From Acidobacteriota bacterium (GTDB lineage: Bacteria; Acidobacteriota; Terriglobia; UBA7540): a DNA stretch of 64,000 nucleotides. Below are positions 57,380 through 64,000 of the stretch, in pieces. Under the pieces are notes generated by a model that was given only the letters and a program-made list of their open reading frames with translations, did no database searches and was not told the DNA's origin. Each line of letters opens with the position of its first letter. Within the stretch, counting starts at the first letter, position 1. The stretch covers positions 21,022-85,021 of the forward strand of contig SCRD01000025.1 of assembly GCA_004298155.1 (NCBI GenBank). The letters run 5' to 3'. The translations under genes were made by a program, and so were the position numbers.

Positions 57380-58768
57380 TCATTGTGGCTTCCGGACCAG
57401 TCGCGCGATGGCGTGGAGAAGGTCGTACTTGGTGAGAATTTCATATCGATGCTCGCCAAGGTCGATGAAGACGGCCGGGCAGTCGCGAGTGATGCAGGCG
57501 GTGACCTGGTCAATCACGGCCGAAGGCGGCAACACCGGAAAGGCCTCGCGCATGGCCTCACGCACCAGAAGCTTTTTGAAATCCTTGCCTTGGAGCGTGA
57601 GGTCCAGGATGTCGTCTTCATAGAGGGCGCCGACGGGTGTTTCATCCTCAAAGACCGGAAGCTGCGAAAAATCGTGGGCCTGCATCCGGTCGAGCGCCTC
57701 GTCGAGCGAATCGGAAGGCGCCAGTTTCACCAGTTCCCGTGGCTGGCCCATGGCCGCCTTGGCCTGCACAACGTCCGCAGCAGTCAGAGGGAGTCCGGAT
57801 TCAAAGTAGCGGTTGTCTCTCATCCACTCGTCGTTGTAGATCTTGCTCAAATAGCGCATGCCCGTGTCGGGGATGATGACTACAACGAAATCGTTCTCGG
57901 TGAGAGAAGGCAGGACCTTCATGGCCCCCGCAATGGCGGTACCGGCCGAGCCGCCGGCAAAGATTGCCTCCATGCGGACCAGCTTGCGGGCCCAGAGGAA
58001 GGAGTCCTTGTCGCTCACCTGGACGACATCATCAATCACGCTGAAGTCGAGCGCCTTGGGCAGAAAGTCTTCGCCGATCCCTTCCACCTTGTATGTCTCT
58101 GCCTTGCACACCGTGCCTTTATGGAAAAAATCGTGCAGGATCGAACCTATGGGATCAACGCCGATGATCTTCACATCCGGCTTCTGCTTTTTCAGATAGC
58201 GCCCGATGCCTGTGATTGTTCCGCCGGTCCCCATGCCTGCGACGAGGTGGGTGATCCGACCTTCGCTGTCTTCCCAGATTTCCGGCCCCGTTGTGGCAGA
58301 GTGGGCCGCCGGGTTGGCGGGATTGTCATACTGATTGGCATAGAAGGAGTTCGGGATTTCTCTGGCAAGCTTCTTGGCCACGGAGATATAGCTGCGGGGG
58401 TCGTTTGGTGCGACTGCGGTCGGGCACACAATCACCTCTGCGCCCATGGCCTTCAGCAGATCCACCTTCTCCTTCGATTGCTTGTCCGTGATGGTGAAGA
58501 TAACCTTGTAACCTTTGATGACGGCGGCGAGTGCCAGACCCATGCCGGTGTTGCCGGAAGTTCCTTCGATGATGGTCCCGCCGGGTTTCAGCAGGCCGCG
58601 CTTTTCGGCATCTTCAATCATGGAGATGCCGATCCGGTCCTTAACGCTGCCGCCGGGGTTCAAATAGTCGCACTTGGCGTAGACCTGGGCCTTAAAGCCG
58701 CGTGAAAGGCGATGGAGCTGGATGAGGGGCGTGCGGCCAATAGTTTCAAGAATATTGTTATATCGCAT
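57380..58768 (-). CDS. Cystathionine beta-synthase-type PLP enzyme with C-terminal CBS pair
   Basis: IGRTPLI, NPGGSVKDRI (PLP Lys), EGTSGNTG and GMGTGGTITG. About 130 aa of CBS-domain tail follow. Confidence 0.85.
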   Translation of the reverse strand: MRYNNILETIGRTPLIQLHRLSRGFKAQVYAKCDYLNPGGSVKDRIGISMIEDAEKRGLLKPGGTIIEGTSGNTGMGLALAAVIKGYKVIFTITDKQSKEKVDLLKAMGAEVIVCPTAVAPNDPRSYISVAKKLAREIPNSFYANQYDNPANPAAHSATTGPEIWEDSEGRITHLVAGMGTGGTITGIGRYLKKQKPDVKIIGVDPIGSILHDFFHKGTVCKAETYKVEGIGEDFLPKALDFSVIDDVVQVSDKDSFLWARKLVRMEAIFAGGSAGTAIAGAMKVLPSLTENDFVVVIIPDTGMRYLSKIYNDEWMRDNRYFESGLPLTAADVVQAKAAMGQPRELVKLAPSDSLDEALDRMQAHDFSQLPVFEDETPVGALYEDDILDLTLQGKDFKKLLVREAMREAFPVLPPSAVIDQVTACITRDCPAVFIDLGEHRYEILTKYDLLHAIARLVRKPQ

Positions 58769-58853
58769 ATAAACACCGCTTGCTTAAAGGTTTCGAGCTA
58801 TTATAACCCACTCGCCGGGACGAACGGGAAAGGGTGGCAGTGGCGGAACGAAT

Positions 58854-58894
58854 CTCTGCTCCCTCCCCGCTGCGAAATTCCGAAGGGAGCAGAG
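58854..58894 (-). terminator. Hairpin downstream of the small lipoprotein gene
   Basis: 11-bp perfect stem CTCTGCTCCCT / AGGGAGCAGAG with a 19-nt loop. There is no clear U-tail. Confidence 0.25.
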
Positions 58895-58958
58895 GTGTTG
58901 AAGCCGTCGGATAGCCATGATGGGAACGGGCGGCAGCCGTGCGCGCGCCCGATACCGT

Positions 58959-59381
58959 TCAGGAAGTTGTCAGCGCGATGTTCTCAATGTGAATCGTGTT
59001 GGTTGCGGCATCAAGAGATCCGGTCACGGTGACTTTTTCTCCGGCAAATTGCTCTGGCTTTTTCTGGTCGTCAAGCTGATACGTGGTCTTGCTCGCAGAG
59101 TTATAAAGGACGTAGGTGGCGCCCATCTTGATGCACGCGAGGGTGCACTCTTTGGCGTTCTTCACCTTTCCACCCTGCAGCATCTGTTCGTGCCCGCCCA
59201 TACCCGCGCACATGCTGTCCATGATTTCTCCTGAAAAGGTATGAGCGCCCGTTGCGGGAGCGGCGGCCTGGCTCTGCTCCGCTGGCGCGCTTGTCTGGGA
59301 ACTGGTGCTGGAAGGTTGCTGGCTGCAGGCAATCGTCAGCATAACCAGTGCTCCTGCCAGAGTTAGTGTAATTTTCTTCAT
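58959..59381 (-). CDS. Small lipoprotein, DUF5818-like
   Basis: Lipobox LTIACS, an S/Q/A-rich linker, a Cys-containing segment, and a C-terminal YQLDD..FAGEKVTVTGSLD..IHIENI beta domain. Confidence 0.55.
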   Translation of the reverse strand: MKKITLTLAGALVMLTIACSQQPSSTSSQTSAPAEQSQAAAPATGAHTFSGEIMDSMCAGMGGHEQMLQGGKVKNAKECTLACIKMGATYVLYNSASKTTYQLDDQKKPEQFAGEKVTVTGSLDAATNTIHIENIALTTS

Positions 59382-59537
59382 CTTCGCCCCTTTTCTCCCG
59401 GTCCCGCTCTCCACCTGGTTCGTGGTGGGCAGGCTTCTGCCGGGTTGATGCTGAAATGGTATGCTTTCATCCTCTCGCCAACTTTCCGGAGAGTCCAGCA
59501 AAATTTTTCGCGGCGACAGTCCCCTCTGCCTGCTGGG

Positions 59538-60716
59538 CTAACGAGCGACGCTCTTGATCTTATTCAAAAGTTGACGTGCCTGACCCTGCATCGAGTTCTG
59601 AATACTGATGGCCTGCTGCAGAGCGGCCATGGCCAGGCGATGCTCCGGCGGATAGTTGGCTTCATAAGAATACCCAAGGAAATAATAGGCCTGCCCCTGC
59701 AATTCCGGATTTGCATTCAATAGCTCGGCGGCTTGCTTAAGTTCCCGGATGGCGCCGGCCGTCCGGTGAGAGGCGCCGGTTTTTGCGAGATCCAGATAGC
59801 CAAGCGTCAGGTTAGCCATGCCTTCCTGAGTATTCTGTTGGGCCTTGAAGGCTTCATCCGCAACCCCATCGGGTTTCTTCACTGTGGGAACCAGCGTAAG
59901 GACCTTCCTGGCGTACGTCTCGGCTTTGGCCTGGTTCGTGCGGCGCCGGAGGGCGTAGTCGTAAGCAACAAGATTGAGGACCTCGATGTTATTGGGGTCC
60001 GCGGCGATAGATTTTTCGGCATAGTCGTCCGCCTTTTCGGGTTGGTTGGACTGCGTGTAGGCAATCGCCCAGCGATAATTCAGTAGCCCGGCTTGCTTCT
60101 GTGCAGCGTCTGGGTAAACCTGAGTGAATTGTTCAAGCGCCTTGATCTGCTGGCTGGGGTCCGTGATGGTGGGCAGAAGCCGGAAGAATGCGTATGCCAT
60201 GAAATCGCCGTTCTTTTGTGCGGTATCCATCGAGATCTTTTTCGCGGCATCGTACTGAGCGTCGCTTTCCGTGGGACTCCGGGCAACAACCGATTCCGCT
60301 TTGATCTGGGCGGGAGCCTTCATGATGAGGTCGATGGCCTCATTGCCGCCTTTGCCGCTTGCCATATAGGCCTGAAGAATGTCTTCAAGAAATGACACGT
60401 CCAGGTAGCCTGCGGTTACTGCTTTCTGCCCGGCTGCGATGGCCTGGTCGTACTGCTTGAGTACGACATAATTCTTTGTAAGAAGCTGTTCCGCGCAATG
60501 GAGGTAGTTGGAGTTCTGATGTTCCTGCGTAAACTTTTCAAGTGCGGCCACCTTGGTGTTGGGATCGTCTGCCCCGTTGACGGCCAGCATCAGTTGGTCT
60601 TCAGGAGAGTTGACGACAATCTTGTAATCTGTGCAAGTGTGATCTTGCTGTGCGGCGAGGGGCAATGACCACATCATGAGGCCCGCAAGCAGGGCCGCTT
60701 GTAATAAGCTTCGCAT
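59538..60716 (-). CDS. Secreted tetratricopeptide-repeat protein
   Basis: Signal peptide LPLAAQQ and multiple A/Y/L-patterned 34-aa helical repeats. Confidence 0.75.
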   Translation of the reverse strand: MRSLLQAALLAGLMMWSLPLAAQQDHTCTDYKIVVNSPEDQLMLAVNGADDPNTKVAALEKFTQEHQNSNYLHCAEQLLTKNYVVLKQYDQAIAAGQKAVTAGYLDVSFLEDILQAYMASGKGGNEAIDLIMKAPAQIKAESVVARSPTESDAQYDAAKKISMDTAQKNGDFMAYAFFRLLPTITDPSQQIKALEQFTQVYPDAAQKQAGLLNYRWAIAYTQSNQPEKADDYAEKSIAADPNNIEVLNLVAYDYALRRRTNQAKAETYARKVLTLVPTVKKPDGVADEAFKAQQNTQEGMANLTLGYLDLAKTGASHRTAGAIRELKQAAELLNANPELQGQAYYFLGYSYEANYPPEHRLAMAALQQAISIQNSMQGQARQLLNKIKSVAR

Positions 60717-60727
60717 GGGAACCTCCT

Positions 60728-61012
60728 CTAGAACGATGAATTCTGTGACCACAACCGGAATCGGGGGATAAACCGAGGGACCGTGCGCGCGCAACCTTCG
60801 TATTCGGAACCGTACTGTTCCCGGAGCTCCCGCTCTTCCAGCGGAGTGACTATTAAATACAACAGGAAAGAGATGAATGCCAGCAGAAAAATGCCCGGGG
60901 TTCCGCTAAGCAGACCGAAGGCGAAAAAGCCCAGCACGATGCTGGCATACCGGTGATGCCGCACCCGTGCGTAAATGCCGGTACCAATGACTTCGCACAA
61001 AAGGTGGCCCAT
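60728..61012 (-). pseudogene. C-terminal fragment of an ICMT-family methyltransferase
   Basis: Only the segment GTGIYARVRHHRYASIVLGFF..PLEERELREQYGSEYEGCARTVPRFIP is family-like. The upstream in-frame 68 aa lack the expected TM helices, and the usual RHP is RHH here. Confidence 0.4.
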
Positions 61013-61200
61013 ATTCAACTCCGGCCGGCCGGTTTCTTGAAGCTGAATTCCGGATGCATCCGCCGGGGCCGTGTGACGATCTTGCAATACCTGGCGCGGC
61101 GTACTATTGTGCCAGCCGCCGGCATATTTTATCGCCAAACATGGACGCCAGAAGGTAGAATGCCTGTCTGCCCGCTTCAGCAATATCAGGAGGAACGGCG

Positions 61201-61551
61201 ATGCGCTTATATGCATGGGATTCGGTGCGAAAAGAGCAGATGAATGCCAACGTTTGGCGCAAGGTAGTCAATGGCGAGAAGATGACGGTAGCACAGATCT
61301 CTATCTCCAAAGGCGGTGTTGTGCCCGTCCATCACCATGAAAACGAGCAGATGAGTTATGTCACGGAAGGCGCGCTGAAGTTTGATATCGACGGGCAGGA
61401 GGTGGTCGTCCGCAAGGGCGAAATTCTGCACATTCCATCGAATGTTCCCCACGGCGTCGTGGCGCTTGAAGACACGTTTAATCTCGAGATCTTTGTTCCC
61501 GCCCGTGAGGATTGGAAAACAGGTCAGGACGATTATCTGCGCAGGACTTAG
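61201..61551 (+). CDS. Cupin-domain protein
   Basis: GGVVPVHHHENEQMSYV and GEILHIPSNVPHG form the two cupin His motifs. Confidence 0.8.
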   Translation: MRLYAWDSVRKEQMNANVWRKVVNGEKMTVAQISISKGGVVPVHHHENEQMSYVTEGALKFDIDGQEVVVRKGEILHIPSNVPHGVVALEDTFNLEIFVPAREDWKTGQDDYLRRT

Positions 61552-61653
61552 CCGGGCAGGCAATCACCGGGGCGCATAACTGGGGCCGAACCGCTGCGGA
61601 AGCTACAGCCGGAATGGCCCGCAGATTTTTCACATATACAGGGAGATTAAAGA

Positions 61654-62445
61654 GTGGATCTGGGACTGAAAGATCGCGTTGCCGTTGTGGCGGCGTCAAG
61701 CCAGGGACTGGGAAAGGCCGTAGCTCTCGGCCTGGCGCGCGAAGGCGCAAAGCTGGCCATCTGCTCACGGGTGGAGTCGAAGATCAATCAGACTGCGGAA
61801 GAAATTCGCCGGGAAACGGGCGCTGACGTTCTGTCACGCGCTGTGGACGTCACCGTGTACGAACAGGTGCAACGCTTTATAGCGGAAACGCAGCAACGTT
61901 TTGGGCGTGTGGATATCTGTGTGACGAACTCAGGCGGGCCTCCTGCAAGACCATTCTGTGACACCACGGTGGAGGACTGGCAGGCGGCCGTGAATCTGAA
62001 CTTGATGAGCACTCTCTACTTTGTCCGCGAGGTGCTGCCGCTGATGCAGAAGCGCAAATGGGGCCGCCTGATCACCGTTACTTCCTCGGCCGTGAAGCAA
62101 CCGATTGACAACCTGGTGCTTTCGAATTCCATCCGTTCGGCCGTCAGCGGTTTGGTGAAGAGCCTTTCAAACGAGTATGCGAAGGACAACATCCTGGTCA
62201 CAAATGTCTGCCCGGGCTACACGCTTACTGCACGCCTCGATGAACTGTCCCGCCGGCTGGCGAAGGCGGAAGGTGTCGCTCCGGACGAAATCCAGCAGCG
62301 CTGGGCGCGGCAAGTTCCGCTGGGACGGCTGGGAAGCCCGGAGGAGCTTGCCAACATGGTCGTGTTTCTTGCCTCGGACCGCGCCAGCTACGTCACAGGC
62401 GTTTCGATTGCCATCGATGGCGGCTTTATCAAAGGTATTTATTAA
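61654..62445 (+). CDS. SDR family oxidoreductase (FabG-like)
   Basis: VAVVAASSQGLGKA and NSGG. The classical YxxxK looks divergent (SNSIRSAVSGLVKSLS). C-terminal SYVTGVSIAIDGG. Confidence 0.85.
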   Translation: MDLGLKDRVAVVAASSQGLGKAVALGLAREGAKLAICSRVESKINQTAEEIRRETGADVLSRAVDVTVYEQVQRFIAETQQRFGRVDICVTNSGGPPARPFCDTTVEDWQAAVNLNLMSTLYFVREVLPLMQKRKWGRLITVTSSAVKQPIDNLVLSNSIRSAVSGLVKSLSNEYAKDNILVTNVCPGYTLTARLDELSRRLAKAEGVAPDEIQQRWARQVPLGRLGSPEELANMVVFLASDRASYVTGVSIAIDGGFIKGIY

Positions 62446-62595
62446 AGGCCAGTCCGTTATTTGTACCCCATTTATTTGCTCATCGACTGGCTGGAATTAC
62501 CGCCCCGCGACGAACCCCTTGTGGAAACGTTGCCTTACCCCGTAAAATGTTACGTGCGGGGAGGAGCAGTCAATGTTCGAAAAGGAGGAATTACT

Positions 62596-63000
62596 TTGCG
62601 TTCTTCGACTTGCAGGATGCTCATTATCTCTTTGGCATGCACTCTGACGTTTGCCCTTCAGACTCCTTTGCTGGCGGCGGCCCACAACCACATCGTTTCA
62701 CCCGCAGAACTCCAGCAGGCGACCGCCTCCGCTGCCCGCACGCGGCAGCAGAATATTGATAAGGTTCGAGGGTTTCTTTCATCCGAACGGGCTGAGAAAA
62801 CCCTGGAGTCCGCTCATCTTGATGCCGTCCAGATCAAGAATGCTGTTCCTACGCTGAGCGACCCTGAACTGGCCCGGCTCGCTTCACGTGCCGACAAGGC
62901 GCAGAAGGATTTTGCTGCCGGCGTCTTGACCAACCAGCAGATCACTTACATCCTGATCGCGATTGGAGCAGCGGTCATCGTGCTGATCGCAGTCCGCTAA
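62596..63000 (+). CDS. Signal-peptide plus C-terminal TM-anchored small protein, PA2779-like
   Basis: The TTG at 62596 is preceded by AAGGAGG. Signal peptide (CTLTFALQTPLLAAA), a helical region with LSDPELARLA, and a C-terminal TM helix ITYILIAIGAAVIVLIAV. The family resemblance is from memory. Confidence 0.5.
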   Translation: MRSSTCRMLIISLACTLTFALQTPLLAAAHNHIVSPAELQQATASAARTRQQNIDKVRGFLSSERAEKTLESAHLDAVQIKNAVPTLSDPELARLASRADKAQKDFAAGVLTNQQITYILIAIGAAVIVLIAVR

Positions 63001-63005
63001 GAGCC

Positions 63006-63569
63006 ATGCGATGCGTTGGGCGGCCGGGCGCGCGGGTGGCTCCGGCGCTGCTTGCAATAGCACTGACTGGAGCTCTGGCAGCGGGCGCGGGGCTTTGGCT
63101 GGACGTTCCCTTTGTCCGGCAACAGGCTGACGGATGCGGGGCTGCCTGCATCTCGATGGTGATGCAGTATTGGCTGGGCGGGAAGAATGCAGTTGTCCAG
63201 CCCGCTGCGGATGCCGGGCGCATTCAGCGCGCGCTTTACAGCCCGAAAGCCAAAGGCATCTATGCCTCCGACATGGAGCGCTATTTCCTCGAGAACGGAT
63301 TTCGAGTGTTTGCTTTTCGCGGCACGCCGGAAGACCTGCAGCACCACCTGGCCAAAGGCCGGCCGCTCATTGTCTGCCTTAAGGACTCTGGGAAGTCCGG
63401 GCCGCTCCACTACGTCGTGGTGGTTGGGCTTGAAAGTCAGGATGGAGTTATTCTGGTGAACGACCCTGAAGAGCGGAAGCTCCTGAAGATGGACATCAGG
63501 GCTTTTGAGAGGCGATGGCGGCCGATGGACAACTGGACGCTGCTGGCGGTCCCCGAGCCTGGGCATTGA
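63006..63569 (+). CDS. Papain-fold C39-like cysteine peptidase domain protein
   Basis: VPFVRQQADGCGAACISMVMQYW (catalytic Cys context), GPLHYVVVVG (His) and LVNDP (Asp/Asn). There is an N-terminal signal/anchor. Confidence 0.75.
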   Translation: MRCVGRPGARVAPALLAIALTGALAAGAGLWLDVPFVRQQADGCGAACISMVMQYWLGGKNAVVQPAADAGRIQRALYSPKAKGIYASDMERYFLENGFRVFAFRGTPEDLQHHLAKGRPLIVCLKDSGKSGPLHYVVVVGLESQDGVILVNDPEERKLLKMDIRAFERRWRPMDNWTLLAVPEPGH

Positions 63570-64000
63570 GCAGCCGGGTGGCCGTTTTCCTGGTTCTGCT
63601 TGCCCTGCCGGGTGCTTCCCAGGCCCGGAACGCCTGCCTCAACGCTTCAGATCTCCAGAAACTTGCCGATCAAAGCCAGTGGAGCCGTCTCCTGCAGGCG
63701 ACCAGCCAATGCCTTACGCCGTCGGCAGACAACGAATACTATCGCGGCCTGGCCTTCGCCGGTTTCGAGCGATGGGAGGAAGCGAAGGCCGCCTTCGCGT
63801 CTGGCGAAAATAAATATGCGCAAGACAAGCGCTTCCCGGAAGAGCTTGCCGGCGTCGCGTTCAAGCAGAAGCGCTTCCAGGAGGCACGGCGGCACCTTTA
63901 CCGCATTCTGCGGCTCGATCCACACGACCGCTACGCCATCAACTTTCTCGCGACTCTCTACTTTCTTGACGGCAACCTGGAAGCCGCTCTCAAATACTGG
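63566..64000 (+). CDS. TPR-repeat protein, 5' part only (runs off the window)
   Basis: An open frame runs from TTG 63566 (or GTG 63578) to the window end. It has a signal peptide VFLVLLALPGASQA and TPR-like helices (YYRGLAFAGFERWEEAKAAF, AINFLATLYFLDGNLEAALKYW). Confidence 0.65.
   Translation, partial: MSSRVAVFLVLLALPGASQARNACLNASDLQKLADQSQWSRLLQATSQCLTPSADNEYYRGLAFAGFERWEEAKAAFASGENKYAQDKRFPEELAGVAFKQKRFQEARRHLYRILRLDPHDRYAINFLATLYFLDGNLEAALKYW

Noticed and set aside
58769-58958. SAM or other riboswitch in the leader of the cystathionine beta-synthase gene.
   Set aside because: I could not recognise any conserved aptamer core. The one strong hairpin is better explained as the terminator of the upstream lipoprotein gene. 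A covariance-model scan would be needed to exclude a riboswitch fully.

Overview
GC-rich bacterial chromosomal window. The gene content suggests an Acidobacteria-like organism (giant SBBP beta-propeller / choice-of-anchor protein, coproheme-type HemQ, many Tat- or lipoprotein-exported hypotheticals); this taxonomic call is inference only. I found no rRNA, tRNA, CRISPR/cas, transposase, integrase or phage genes. Most of the window is core metabolism and envelope: pilMNOPQ, accBC, thiE, ispH, nth, rph-rdgB, an amidase, H+-PPase, Mrp/ApbC, cystathionine beta-synthase, nnr-tsaE, and two APC permeases. Many long ORFs in the six-frame track are antisense shadow ORFs, as expected in GC-rich DNA, and were ignored. 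The best candidates for something undescribed, in order: (1) a compact co-directional operon at 889-8838 encoding a CE4 deacetylase, a CheY-like receiver translationally coupled to a dedicated ACP, one FabF-type KS, an MGDG-synthase-like GT, a PaaK/F390-synthetase-like ligase, an MtnX-like HAD phosphatase and a class-III aminotransferase; I cannot assign it to a characterised pathway. (2) A signal-anchored small protein, a C39-like cysteine peptidase and a TPR protein at 62596-64000, cut by the window end. (3) pilN interrupted at a G8 homopolymer right after its PilM-binding N-terminus. (4) A 66-bp-period degenerate tandem repeat with phased T-tracts in a 650-bp AT-rich intergenic region. All family assignments come from motifs read by eye and need HMM or BLAST confirmation.
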